Assembly (NCBI RefSeq): GCF_004010195.1
Contig: NC_057718.1
Span: 43,160,395 to 43,224,394 of the forward strand
Reading direction: 5' to 3'
From: Chiloscyllium plagiosum
Lineage: Eukaryota
DNA length: 64,000 bases
The first letter of the stretch is position 1, and every line of letters starts with the position of its first letter. The translations under genes and the position numbers were made by a program. The notes beneath the pieces were generated by a model that saw nothing but the letters and a program-made list of their open reading frames with translations, was not told the origin of the DNA and searched no databases. Below, piece after piece: positions 11,520-25,780 of the stretch.

Positions 11520-12778
11520 CATAGAGTCGTAGAGTTATACAGCATGGAAACAGACCCTTTGGTCCAACTCATCCATGCTGATCGAATGCCCAAAAACTAT
11601 CTAATCCTATTTGCCAGCATTTGGCCGATATCCCTCTAAACCCTCTAAATCATGTCCCCATCCAGATGCCTTTTAAATGTTGTAATGGTACCTGCCTGTA
11701 CCACTTCCTCTGGCAGCTTATTCTATACATGTACCACCCTCTGCATGAAAATGTTGCCCCTCAAATCGCTTTTAAATCTTTCCCCTCTCACTTTAACCCT
11801 ATGCCGTCTAGTTTGGGAAAAAAACCTTGTCTATTTACCCTATCCATGTTCCTCATGGTATTATAAACCTCTATAAGGTTACCCCTCAGCCTCCGATGCT
11901 CCAGGGAAAACAGCTTCAGCCTATTCAGCCTCTCACTGTCGCTCAAACCTTCCAATCCCAGCAGCATTCTTATAAGTCTTTTCTGAACCCTTTCAAGTTT
12001 AACAATATCTTTCCTAAAGGAGAGAGACCAGAATTGAATACAGTATTCCAGAAGTGGCCTAACCAATATCCTGTACAACCACAACATGACATTCCAACTC
12101 CTATACTCAATGCACTGACCAATGAAGGCAAGAATGCCAAACACCTTCTTCACCGCCCCACTTTCAGGAACTGTGCATCTGCACCCCTTGGTCTCTTTGT
12201 TTGGCAATACTCTCCAGGGCCCGACATTGACTTCCTAAGTCCTGCCCTGATTTGTCTTACAAAAATGCAGCACTTCACATTTATCTAAATTAAACTCCAT
12301 CTACCACTCCTCCGTCCATCACCCATCTGATCAGAGTACAAGGTCCCGTTGTACTCTGAGATAATCTTCTTCAATCTCCATTGTACTACCAATTTTGGTA
12401 TCATCTGCATGTTTACTAGCCAGGCCTCCTATATTCACATCCAAATCATTTATATAAATGACAAGAAGCAGTGGACCCAGCAATGATCCTTGCAACACAC
12501 CACTGGTCATAGACCTCCAGTCTAAAAGAAACCTTACAACACTATCGTCTGTCTCTTACCTTCAAGTCAATTTTGTATTCAATTGGCTAGCTCCCCCTGG
12601 ATTCTATTTGATCAAATCTTATGGAACCTTGTTGAATGCCTTGCTGAAGTCCACTTAGATAACATCTACCATTCTGCCCTAATCAACCCTCTTCAAAAAA
12701 CTCTATCTAGTTAATGAGACATGACTTGCCATGCACAAAGCCACATTGACGGTCCCAAATCAGTCCTTATCTTTCCAA
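11520..12778 (-). mobile_element. Degraded CR1-clade LINE
   Basis: Minus ORF 11788-12207 (LVRPLLEYCIQFWS...LERVQKRLIRML); 3' tail catagagtcgtagag at the left end. Confidence 0.93.
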
Positions 12779-13635
12779 CAACGTTGTCCAACAGTGCAAA
12801 GTCAAACCTTTCAGAGTTTTCATTGGGAAGGCTGGCCATCACAGTCCTGCCTAGTGAGAAGAGGCAGGAACAGACATGGAGCTGAGACAGAAGGCCAGAA
12901 ACCTTTTGAAAAGTAATTTAGGGCATTTTTAGGAGCTTATGGAAGGTATTGGCAGCATGTGGAGTAAGGTAAGTCAGGGAGAAGATAGAAACAGGTAGCT
13001 TCTCTCAGAGGACCCAGGAAGGATTATTATTATGTACTTAGGTCAGTTGGCAGCACCTGGAAGAGATCATTGGAACTCATTTAAACAATGGCACCTGAGG
13101 TGTTCCCTTCAGTGGTTCTACTCAGGGGCCATCTCATCTTCGGTCTCTCCTTGGGTTTGCTGGTTGAGTAAGCAACTTCAAGTGCAGCAGAAACTTCTAC
13201 TGGGCAAGTTGTGTTTCCTGGCAGCCTGGCACTGGAAACGGGATTGCAGTTATGGAATTCATCCCAGTTCCTTGAATTGGCATGAAAATCTCAGTTGAAT
13301 TGCAGAGTGATGAAATCTTTACTTTGCTACCCCTGTCTCCAAATATGTTCTGCTCATCAACCAGTGTGGATTTGCCTTTTCACTAATACCCATGCTTGAT
13401 GTCAATGAAACTAAAATGGTGGTAATTTGTGCTGAATTATGAGCAATTTCTTTCTGTCAACCCGTGGAAACCAGGAAAAGACCCTTTACTGAATATTCAT
13501 ACAACCGGCTAAAAGAGGAGACATTTCTTTCAATCTACAGCTCAAAGACATCAAGTGACCTATTCTTCTCAACATGCCTGCTCATACGCATAAGCCATTT
13601 AAAATCTAATCTACAAGTTTCATCACTAATAAGTG

Positions 13636-13747
13636 ATGCTGCTGCTCCGAAAGATAGTGCTTCCAAATAAACCTGTTGGACTATAACCTGGTGTCGTGTG
13701 ATATTTAACTTTGTACACCCCAGTCCAACACTGGCATCTCCAAATCT
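13636..13747 (+). mobile_element. Truncated family A element with 9-bp TSD
   Basis: gctccgaaagatagtgcttccaaataaacctgttggactataacctggtg...ctccaaatc; TAATAAGTG at 13627-13635 and 13748-13756. Confidence 0.8.
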
Positions 13748-14009
13748 TAATAAGTGCTTGTATAACTCACATGATTATAAATGACTGCATGGTACTTAAG
13801 GACTGAAGCATTTCATTGAGAGAAAAATGTCAGTGCTATAAATACATGTGATATATTATTAAATGTCTTCACTCGATTTTTAGATGCTCATAATTAAAGC
13901 ATTGCTGTTGTGTGCTGAAAATTAAAGTCCATGCAATAGATCACCATAACTAATTTCACACATTGTTTAGATTTTCTTGCTTGAAGAAAGTACAGTTGAT
14001 AAATGGTCA

Positions 14010-14600
14010 ACTGAGAATAGGAGTTGGGAGGTCATGTTGCAGCTGTACAGACATTGGTTAGGCCACTTTTGGAACATTGTGTGCAATTCTGGTCTCCCTA
14101 CTATAGGAAGGATGTTGTGAAACTTGAAAGATTTCAGAAAAGATTTACAAGGCTGTTGCAAGGGTTGGAGGGTTTGAACTCCAGGGAGATGCTGATTAGG
14201 CTGGGGCTGTTTTCCCGGGAGTGTGGAGACTGAGTGGTGACCTCACAGATCATTATAAAATCATGAGGGCCATGGATAGGATAAATAGACAAGGTCTTCT
14301 CCATGGGGTGGGGAGTCCAGAACTAGAGGGCACAGTTTAGGGTGAGAGGGGAAAGATTTAAAAAGGGTCACAAAGGGTGGTACATGTATAGAATGAGCTG
14401 CCAGAGGAAGTGGTGGAAGCAGGTACAATTACAACATTTAAAAGACATCTGGATGGCTATTTGAATAAGAAGGGTTTAGAGGGATATAGGCCAAGTGCTG
14501 GCAAATGGGACTAGATTAGGTTGGAATATCTGGTTAGCATGGACAGCTTGGACTGATTGGTCTGTTTTCGTACTGTACATCTTTATGACTGTATGATTGT
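14010..14600 (+). mobile_element. CR1-clade LINE 3' fragment
   Basis: LVRPLLEHCVQFWSPYYRKDVVKLERFQKRFTRLL followed by the family 3' UTR and tail. Confidence 0.93.
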
Positions 14601-17600
14601 ATTATCAATGATTGTCATCTGTTTGCATAGATTTGTAGTGATAGACCATGGAGTCCTTTGAACATGTAATAATGGGTTCTAGACTAAAAGAAAACATGCA
14701 GTATGAATAGCAGCCATTTGAAACCAGTTTAAATGTCACTGAGTGCAATAATGCACCTAAAAATTGATTTCTGTTTGATACAAGCTAACTTAAGGAAACA
14801 TTCTTTTAAACCACCCTTTCTATTGCTTGACATTACAACAGTAAGAAGATTGTCATATGATACATCCAAAGAAGTTGAGAAGGTTAATTGATTTCTTCAA
14901 AAAAAATGATTTGACTCAAGTCACATATACTGTTGTGCTTTCCTTTTGCATTCCTTCCTTTCATCATTAAGTCCTGTTTTGTCCTGCTCTATGTTTGCCT
15001 TAATTGGCAGCTCATATTCTATCTGCCACTGCATATCCTTTGCCAACTTCCATTTGACTGTATAACTTGTCTTATTTCAAACCACTGATCAATTTTATAA
15101 ATAGCAAATTGATTCCCTACAGTTTTATAAGAAACCAAGAGATGCATAATATATTTGTTTTTTTTTTACGTACTTCCTCTTTTGACATCAGTGAAACAGA
15201 ACTTTAAGAAAGCCAAGAAGGAAGTTCATAAAAAAGACAAGCACAATCTTAATAATAGTGTTAACATATATATTTGGTATAAAAATTTAAATTATAAATG
15301 TAAACTTCTTTCAATCTGTTTCCTAACAATTGATGTGACTTGTCCACTTTCTGAAAAATCGATCCTTTCACACTAAATCTTTGTTCTGAGCATTTTATTT
15401 CTCCTCACTCCCAAACATGTAATTCTCCTTGTGAATACTGTTTATATGAACTAGTGCCAGAGGCTGATACAATTGCAGTGTTTGTGTCTGATTCTGAGAG
15501 AATTAAGTTAATCAAACACTAGATTCATTTCTCAATATTTGTCATGACATGTTTGGAGGTGTTCTTCGGTAACATGCTGCACGAACATTTCAAATTATGT
15601 AAACTGAAAAACAAAGAATAGAGACGTTTTATCATTTTTTTTGACGCTAGAACATTTGAATTATGTCATTTTTCTACCTGTAAACCTGGGTGTGGTACAG
15701 ACTTTTAACTTTGAGCAAAAGGATCCATGTTATTTTGGAATATACATTTTGTCATTTTAACAAAGCTAGTACTTTATCTTTCTCTCTCTATAGCCACTAA
15801 ATAGAAATGTTATTGCTTCGTAAATATATTGTGATATTTTATTCCACAGCATATGTATTTTCAATCTGAATTATAAATATATTTTGAGACTGAAAGTGCA
15901 ACATAGGATGAATAAATCATCATAAAGTGCTTCCATAAATCTGGCTGCTCCAAACTGGCAGGATAAAACAGGCCTTTATTGTGGAAAGATAGTGAAGACT
16001 TATTGTAATTAACCCATTACTGCTATTGCTTTTAGACATTTCATCATTAGTGTCTGTTTGTGCGTCTTGGTGATATTTAAGCACTACTGTATTGGATTGA
16101 CAGTAAGTATTTGTAGCTATTGTATTCAGTGCAATTTGCTGTTAACATATTAAGTGGAATGTGTGACATTAAATTAATTCTATAAAACAAACTAAAAATG
16201 TAAGACAGTTCACTGTTTTCAATGTAAAAAAAGTTCTCAAAAAAGAAGGTTGCAGAAGTGTTGCCAAACAGATGTGAAGGGATTAAAGGATTAACTCCAG
16301 GGTCAAGGCTATTCACTTGCCTAACATATTCATGGCGTTAACGATAGGGCAGTTCACACCTACTGTCACTAGAAGGGAAAAAGGGTTTAGCGCTTTTGTG
16401 TCCTGAGGTTTTTCAGTCACAAGTAGTATATATGGACAATTGATGAGACTCTTCTGTATTGAGAAAAGAATAAATCAGTTTGAAATGCTCTACTTAGTAA
16501 ATGGTTTGATATTCTGAAATTATATACTAATCGGATTAGGAAACATAATAGTAGGATGTTGATTGGGTTTCACTTTATTTCTATAATTTCTGAAGTTCAA
16601 GTTAAAATAGCAGAAAATGTGTGCCATCATAGATTTCAGCCTACAATATTAACAGTAAAGAGGAGACACTTAATCCCAGTGGATGGCAGTATGCTGCTTT
16701 TGTATGAAATCACTGTAACTAAAACCATAGATTGATTTGGAACATCTTCTCCAATTCATCAGGAGTATTCTGCAATTTTCTTTTCACTATATTAGACGCA
16801 ATATGGTTTTTGCACACTTGTGATTTTCTGAAGAAGAGCCGTTCATTAATGAATGTGTTTAAAATTAAAAAAAAACTTTTTAGAAGTATTGAAAACTTTA
16901 GACTATCTTAGATAATATTTATAAATGCATGGAAGAGAAAATGGCACTTTAAAACTAACTTTGGTACTAAGTGTCACTTTGCAAAAATGAGTAGAAGAGT
17001 AAACTAAGAATAGCCTCAAATCTAGAGTCATTTATAGCATCGTTGATGCTTATCCAAACAGGGATATGAGCCAATAGTGCTGCAGATTCACACCTAACAT
17101 TCTCGCATTGGTGTTATTTGATTTACAGAAATCCATAAGCCCATTTTGATGGATTGATTTTGACAGTTTGGGAACTCATAATTATTAAAATTGAACCGAT
17201 GGTAAATATTTAGTAGCCAAAATATAGTTTTATTAGAACGTGTCAGTGATAAACTGCCATGGCAGGGTGATGGAGCAGCAGTTGGCTAGTTGGGAATGTA
17301 ACTTGGTGAAGGCATGAGGATAAACCTATATAAAGTGGATTTTCTCCATCTTGCAGCTATTTGATTTAAACTCCTCACAAGCCGTATAAGCCATTACAAC
17401 TTTAACAACAGAGCAACAGTATGCACTAACTGCATATTTACAACTTGCTGCAATGTACACTCTGTCTCTTTTAATGCTGTTTATTCTATTAAAAGCAAGG
17501 AGCTATTTAATATCCTAACTAACAACCTGGAAATAATTTTTAAGCAAAGTCAATGTTGTTTGCATGTTTTGTGCTAAAGGGAAATGCTTTTAAAAAGAGC

Positions 17601-18848
17601 AACCTGATGGTAGAAGGGAGAATGAGATGGCAAGCTAATTATTTTTTCAACCAAATAGTGAATATTCAAAGTTCATTTATCCTCCCTGGGGAACCTTGTT
17701 GCAGCTACAATTATAGTCAGCATTTTTTTTCACATTGTAAATATGTTAATTATTACATTTACAAAGTAACAGAATTAGTTGTTCATGTGCTGCTTGACAG
17801 AGCAGAGAAATAATGGCAATGTTCCTATGAAGACTTTTATACCTTTATCAAATAACTGAAATATCTATTTTTGTAAGCCATATCATCAAATGTAAGATGC
17901 AGACCCCTCTACAATTACTGGCTGTGACCAGGAGGACCGTGTTCATCCTGGCTCGTTGGGAGTTCTCCAAGGTAATTGAAATTCTACCTCCATAGAGTTC
18001 AGATGAGAAGTGATATGAAGATGTGGGAAAACCTGAGCTGAATTGATTTTTTTTCCCCTTAATGTTTGGACAAAGAAATAACTTAGCTAAGTGTAGCAGA
18101 GATGATAAGCGCATTCAGTCATGGTAGATTAAGAGGCCTGCATCAGTTAACACAGACTGTATTTTATTCTCTCTCTATGCGCTGCCATGTTTAGATTGGA
18201 GATTAATTGCAATGGAATTACTGTACGTCTGTTTGTTTTTTTAACAATTGCAAATTACATTAAACAGCCGATGTGTTTTCTAATATGATTGTTCTTACTT
18301 GATAATTGGGATGGCGCCACATGAGCTTTTGATAAGAAATTCATAAACACTCCTTTATGAAGCCCTCATGACTTCATTTTGTGACTATCAAGGGTGACAA
18401 ATTATTTGAAGAAAGTAAACCTATACACAAAACACAATGCTCTGTTTCTTTCAGCATTACGACTGTTTGTTTATTTTTCAAATATTTGCCCTCTGTTATC
18501 TGGCATATGATGAGGAATATAATGAAATGTTATACAATGGCAATGTTTCCTGTTAATTTCTTTATTTGCTCCTCCTGAAGCCTGATGGCTGTACTTGGGC
18601 AGAAAGTATGAAATTGTTATCTGCTCGTGCAATTAGAGATCAGCCTCTTTCATTCCAATCCTGTTTGAAGATTGATTTGATTTTCGTCCAATAACAAAAA
18701 AATAACAGAACACAGCTTGGGTTTTGCGCAGATATCTGTAGCTGTGAAGTGTTAATTGCAATTTAGATAAGGATTAGAAGGACCATATCTCAGTAGACCA
18801 CATTTATTTGCAAGTGCTATACTGTAATGCATCAGGATTCTCAGGTTT

Positions 18849-18883
18849 TGTGTATGTGTGTGTGTGTGCGCGCGCGCGCGTGC
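18849..18883. repeat. Compound (TG)n(CG)6 microsatellite
   Basis: tgtgtatgtgtgtgtgtgtgcgcgcgcgcgcgtgc. Confidence 0.95.
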
Positions 18884-19397
18884 TACTGTATGTGGTCCCT
18901 TGTGTAGCTGCTTTCAGATAATAGGGGTTAAACAAGCCCTCTCGCCAGCACCACTCCAGTTAAGATATTGGGCAGTGGCACTGCAGGCTCTGTGCAAATT
19001 CTTAAATACACAGATTGTTCCAGTCTGCTGATAACTCTTAAGATTGCTGAACTGGTCCGATTTAGAGAAATGTCTCCTTGCATGTCCCTCACCCAACCTC
19101 CTCCCAGTCTGCAGATTAAATCAGTTGAATGGTGGTGTTGCATTCTCTTAAATTCAGCCAGATTCATATTGAATTTCCAACTGTTTAAATGAGTCTACAA
19201 TATTTGCTGGCTTAGAGGTACAATTTAGTTTTTATTATGATCACAGAAGAATTTGTTGTGAGGATGTTGCTCTGAGGCCTCTACATGAGGGTTGGTCTAG
19301 AAATGCAATTTGCTATCATATAGAATATAATGGTTGGGTTGGTAGCCACTTCCTATTGACTGCCTGGCTGTTGTTTCTCCAGACTTATACACTTACT

Positions 19398-20163
19398 AGG
19401 AAGGTCCTGAGGATTGGTGCTGAACATAGAGACCTTGGAATGCAGGTTCATTGTTCCTTGAAAGTGGAATCCCAGGTAGACAAGATAGTGAAGAAGTCAT
19501 TTGGCATGCTTGCCTTCACTGGCCACTGATGGGGGTGTGGTTAGTGAGAGGGGGAGGGCACCTTGGGAGGGGGGGGGGGGCTGGANNNNNNNNNNNNNNN
19601 NNNNNNNNTGGGGATGCTGCAGCTGTACAGACATTGGTTAGGCCATTATTGGAATACAGTGTGCAATTCTGGTCTCCTTGCTAAGGGAAGGACGTTATAA
19701 AACTTGAAAGGGTTCAGAAAAGATTTACAAGGATGTTGCCAGGGTTGGGAGAGTTTGAGCTATAGGGAGAGGTTGAATAGGCTGGGGCTATTTTCCCTGG
19801 AGCATTGGAGGCTGAGGGGTGACCTTGTAGAGGTTTGTCATAAGGAATATTGATAAGGTAAATAGACAAGGTCTTTCATAGGGATGGGGGAGTTCAAAGT
19901 ATAGGGCACAGGTTTAAGGTGAGAGGAAAAGATTTAAAACAAACCTAAGGGGCAACTTTTTCATGCATAGGGTGGTGTATGGAATCAGTTGCCAGAGGAA
20001 GTGGTGGAGGCTGGTATAATTACAACATTTAAAAGGGATCTGGATGGATCTATGAATAGGAGGATCAGAGGGAAATGGGCCAAGTACTGCCAAATGGGAC
20101 TTGATTAATTTGTGTTATCTGGTCAGCATGGACAGGTTGGACAGATGGGTCTGTTTCCATGCC
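19398..20163 (+). mobile_element. CR1-clade LINE fragment spanning an assembly gap
   Basis: LVRPLLEYSVQFWSPC, ggaatcagttgccagaggaagtggtggagg and the family 3' UTR. Confidence 0.9.
19586..19608. other. Assembly gap (23 N)
   Basis: Run of N shortly after a poly-G tract. Confidence 0.99.
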
Positions 20164-23100
20164 ATCCTTCCCAGAAAAAGTAATACACTTAGCTGCAACT
20201 GATAAAATACTTCAAGTATTATTTTTAGTTTGAATACATTAAAGTTTTCATTAAAGAATTTTTAAAAAATTCATACACAGGTGTGGACATTGCTGGCAAG
20301 GCTAGCATTTATTGTCCATCTCCTTAGTTCTCTGGATTATCTGGGGAAAACAAAATCCACCAGATTGATCCTTCTCTGCCTGATATTCTGTAATTAACTT
20401 TGGAATTGCAAATCCTGTAACCTCAGGATTGTTGTTTATGTGAGTATAAGTACTTTGTGCCTGACTTACGCTGGTAAAGCTTGGGTAGGACAAAAATGCA
20501 AATATGGGTTTCAAATCAGATTGGGGTTCACTATGAATACATTTATAGTTAATACGAGAAATATCATAGTAGTGGTTTTCATACACTCAGTGCTATCCTT
20601 GCTGAACTTTCAAGAATTCAGGATTGTAGGATGTAAACACTGCAGACATTAGTTAGGTATGAATCCACCACAATCATTCTGGGTGTGGTCTTAAAGGTCA
20701 TAACTTGAAATCATGACTTTCTGTGTTTGAAGTTTGCATTATGCCATTTAGGCAATGGTTACATGAATATTAAATAAACGCAAGTCGTGAAATAACATGC
20801 AAGAACTCTTAATTTGCATATTTAAGTAGGGTTAGTGGTGAGATTAAGCCTTGTGGAAAAGTATTGGTGGGGACATCAGGAAGGGTAAAGACTTGACTGT
20901 GCCCTATAAACCATAACTACTACTTTCACTTATAATTTTCAATATATTTCCACCATGTGTCAGAAGTAATGTCTCTTTCAAAAGCTTCAGTTGCTGCAAC
21001 TGTTACGTCAAGGACACACGAATAAAGTAATCTTCGAAATGTGGCCTGGGAGAGAAGGTGGTGGGGCCCTGCTTGATTCCTAATTAATTGACATTTTTAA
21101 TTACCCGGATGCTATGCATTATTTGGAGTGCGTATGAAGCGCAGGATTAAATATATTGTAGTGGCTAAAGAGCTATGGCTTATGATTAGCTGATATGAAA
21201 TGGAAAGCCCCAATTCACTTTGGTAGTTTAAAAAGGCTAAAGTTGATATTATGTATACCAATATGGTACATATACAATGTTGGAACTGGAGCCCTGGAAA
21301 TACTGTGTTTAGTTTGAAAAGTTATATTTTTATAAAAATGACAAAACTGACTTGCTTATATCAAGTAACTTCCTAGAATCTCTTCCCTTCCATGTGGGAC
21401 ATTAAACAATCCTAGTATTAAACAGATCCAAAGTAAAGAATGCTTTCTTATGTAAATTATTTTTCCACTGTACGAGTACTATCATTGGGTTTAAATGGGG
21501 TGAACATTTAGAATCTATTTTCCTGAATGTACTCATCACTTGATTTATTGTTGAAGTTTTAATAGCAATAAAAGCAGACCCTCACAAGCCAAGAAGATCT
21601 ATTAACATATCAAAATGGTAGGGTGCCTGAGACCTGCTACCTTTTTTCAATGTGACAATTGCATTGTCTGATCACATGGAGATTATTTTATCAGTTGTTC
21701 TCATGAATTGGGCCACAATGTGCATTTTGAGAGTAAACTCTGGAACTGAATGTGGCCTTTCTTTTATTTCCTCTGATTTCTTAAGGTAAATGTATGTTGG
21801 CAAAGTCTGTACTTGCAGATTAACAGCAATGTAGATATTCATTGTGCTTTCTGGAAGGAAGCATAGAGTCATCACTGCCCTCTATTGTCAAAAATGGAAT
21901 AGCTGGATATTTTAGCAACCGGTGTTCAAGCTACTGATCACAGTTAAATAATACAACATTCCTGAAATGTCTTCTGCTACTGCTGATGTGAAATAAAACT
22001 AAATCCAGAATCATCTTGGTCAAAATAAATGGCCTGGCTGTTTATTGTAGGAAACCTGGGATAATTAAATGAGAATTACTTGAAAGCGATTATTAAAAAG
22101 ATTTATAACTTATTAAATCACAGGTGCTTTAAATACAAAAGTTTGTTAAACATTCTGATTAAGATTTTGGGATTGCAAGGTGATGTAAATGTAAAATTGC
22201 AGGTGATGCAAAAGTCCATCTGAAGAATGTTTTGGGTACATTCTGTAATCAGTAGAAACATTCCTTCAATCCAGTGATTACAAAACATTCAGCAAGCACT
22301 TATGAAAAGCATGATTTTAGAATCAGGTCAATATAGTTTGTGTTTTGATGTGGTTTCCCACCCCCAAATACTTAAAACTTCTGCTGACAATGATGGCAGT
22401 AAGAAACTGTTCAAAATAAAATGTCTAACATTGTTAAATGTGCATAAAGACAAAAGGTGAGCCACAAAATGATGCAAATACATGGGAACACTCACTTTAT
22501 CACCTGGCAGCTAAAGGTACCCCCATTCTTATCAATTATTTGATTCATGTTGATCTGCATAATTTGTTTTTATGATCTTCATCTTTTTACATACTTTCAA
22601 GGATTTATTAAAAACAGATCTAAAAGGAATGAATTTGGATTATTTCGGGCATTCACAAGCAGAACAGCTGATATTTTCCTTGTCAGTTTTTCAGTAATAA
22701 AAATTTGACTTATTAAAGGCTTCACTAAACATTAATCGGTATTTGAAGGTCCTTATTGCTTCACTGCTACTTGGTTACATATTCTATTTTACAATATTAG
22801 TTTGTTAAAACATTACTTTTCAAGATTGTATTGAATATTTTGCATTTGTGGTACACATAAGAAGACACCTGTGACCCTTACAGCATGGCAATGCAAAGCA
22901 CAACACTTACATCCATTTGAGCAAAATTTTTTAATTGGGTAATTATTGCATTTTTCATTCTATATTCTTGAATTTACAGATCATTAGTGCATAAAGAGTA
23001 TTGCACAAAGTTAATATTTTAAAAGGGCACCAGTATTTTATGGGTTAACATAGTTGTGCTGAGGGGTGCATTGGTCATTAGTGAAGCAGTTGATATTAAT

Positions 23101-25599
23101 CTGAATTAATTTAGAAATTAATATTCTGCTTTCGTGAATGTGATACCATTTTTATACAATTTGTGATGTACTTCCCACAATTAATGAGTGTTCTGCCTGG
23201 TTGGATGTAATAGTTGGACAGTTCTGAGATACTGATAATAATTGGCACAAATATACTAGCCAATGCCACCAATTTACTTATGGAAATGTCATTTTGTTTG
23301 GGAGGGTGGAAATTTTCTGTTAATACTTTCATCAGCGTGTCAGAAAGATATGTAGCATGGTTCAATACTACATTTTTAGGGTGCCCTGTTTCAGTAAGTG
23401 CAGACATTGCTAAAACTCTTTGTGAGCTCCATCTCCATGAAATGCAGCATTTTTACATGGTAGACATTGTGTGGTCATGAGACTACTTCCATGTCACACT
23501 ATTGAACAATGACATGTTTACACTGGCCTTATGAAGAAATGTATTCTGTATACGAATACACAGCAGATTGCTTATGCTTTCCTCTGCGCTTATTGCCAAA
23601 CATTGGGTTAATGTAAAGTTTGTGTTCAGAAAGGATGCAGAATTCTCACGTTGACAAGTGCAAAGTGGCTGGGTCTATGCCGAAGCAGATTCTGCAGGTT
23701 CTGTTGGTACACGATGTGGCCAGTTGACACAGTTACACCAAAAAGCTGAATCTGACACAAATAAATATGAAATGTGTCGGGGTGGTCAATACCACATGAT
23801 CCAGGCCATTGCACATGATAACATTTCTTCTAAGCAGCACATCAGAGATGAAGTAGATTGTCGGTATGTACTGTCAGTATAGCATATAGCAATATCAAGG
23901 GCTGGTCATGTGCGATTGATGGAACTAGGTGCATGGTTGCTCCTCCTGTTCATAATCAGAAAGGATAAAAAAAGATGTTTTGTCATTGTTTGCATACAAG
24001 TTTTTTTATAAAGAGATATGTTGGAACTAAAACAAACATCTCATTTCTGTTTAAAATATTCGCTTGGGTGGTTTGAAAGTCAAAGGAGCTGGTGCAATCA
24101 TGTGGTGTTTTACCTGAAGAACTAACTGTAAGTGTAGTGTGAGGAGAGTTTATGTATCTTGGCTGTGAAAATCTGGGGAAAGGACTATTGTATTGCCTAC
24201 AATGCCAGAAACTTCCAAATTGACCAGTTAATGCCGTTTTCAAATGGCATTCTTTTTGTATGTGAGTAATGACATTAAATCAGTGTTTGATTTGAATTTT
24301 GGATAAGTTGAATTTAAATTGGAAGATAAAAAACATGAAAACTAGAAACATAAGAAGTGCAGAAGTTTAGTTTCCAAATACATTTTCTATTTTGTTAGAC
24401 AAATCTGTGAATCGTAACAACAATTACTAGGGAGCAAGCACTTGGTCTTTGATAAATGGCAAATGGATTTGGACAATTCATTTCTACAGTATAGATACAA
24501 TGAAATAGTATATTGATGAAATCTGCAAACTAAACTGAATCTGGTCATTATCTATACTGTATTTGGACAGAATTCTTGTTTGTTAAATATTTTTAACTTG
24601 GATTGGAAATCTTTAGGAAACACTTGCAAAAAAGCAACTGCCAGCACTATTGCACTTGCAGAATGGTTAATTTAACATCAGAAGCAATTCTGAGGCAGCT
24701 TTGCTTTTGGACAGTAAAAAGGGTTTACATTGGGTTAACGGAATGCAGGGAGACAGCCAGCTGTTGGAGCTCGCAGCTCTTGAAGGAGACCATGATTGGA
24801 GGAGTTGTATTTCAGAACAGTTCTTGCAATGGGTTTGACGCCGGTTAGCCTTTGTACTATTGCTTCAAGCCACATTGTTGTATTGCTCTGTAGCAAGCAA
24901 TTCATGTCAACACAGTAAAAGACATTGGTGTTTGCACAGGGGAAGTATTTATCATCATACTTCTAGTGAATCTTTACTTTCCAAGTTTGGACAGGAAGGT
25001 GCAAATGTGATACCTCAGCTTTCTTCTTCTGATTTTGTGAGAAAGAAAAAAAAGCCACATTGGGAAATTGAAAATATGTACTTAATGTAGCTGGTTAGTA
25101 TATAAAACTATAAGACAATATAGGTGTATAAATTTTGAGAAGGTAAAAATGACAAGAGAGCCCTTTAAGAGCAGCTTTCAGATTATAGTGCATTTTGATA
25201 TAGATTTTAATCATTTAAGAAAAATAGAGCACTGTGCTTGCCTATAAACTGCTTTGAGCAAAGCTATACAGATATGACTTTTGGGAAAGACAGTTCAGCT
25301 TTAAATAGAGGAAAACACCCCTTTGTGTATTTTACATGAAAAGATGCTAAAATGACTTACTGTAATACATTCTGTAAATATACATCAAGAGAATTTTTTC
25401 TACTGTACAAAATTGTATTGATAATATTACAGATAAAATAATTGTGACAGATTTGTCGTAAAATGCATTCTGTTAACATAGTTATGCTTACTGTAACTTC
25501 GCAAAGAAGCAAATGGATATTGTCCCTTTAAGCTTTTTTGAACACTGTTTTCAGACTAATAGAAAATTGTGCTTCAGATGCTACACTGTATAAGGCTGT

Positions 25600-25780
25600 G
25601 GAATTTTGCTTCCCTCCTCCCAGTTTACAGACTTCCCGCCTACTGTACCTGCATTGCTTCCCTAAGCTTGTGTCGGAATTGTCCTGTCTGCAGTGCTTTA
25701 CTCTGAGTGGCTGCAATCCCACCAATGCGATGACTGGTGAGGTCGGGGATTGCATATGTAAAGACCTGCTTCATATTAAT
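25600..25780 (+). promoter_or_regulatory. Putative ESRRG proximal promoter
   Basis: Immediately upstream of the 5' UTR, locally richer in GC and CpG than the AT-rich flank. CCAAT at 25722-25726 and AT-rich catattaata at 25772-25781. Positional inference only. Confidence 0.5.

Noticed and set aside
19528..19608. G-rich insert or G-quadruplex within a CR1 copy
   Set aside because: Abuts an N gap, so the sequence is unreliable and may be an assembly artefact.
24700..24850. Possible upstream alternative ESRRG exon ending near ccg|gttagc
   Set aside because: Weak donor and no clear acceptor or TSS; cannot be supported without transcript data.
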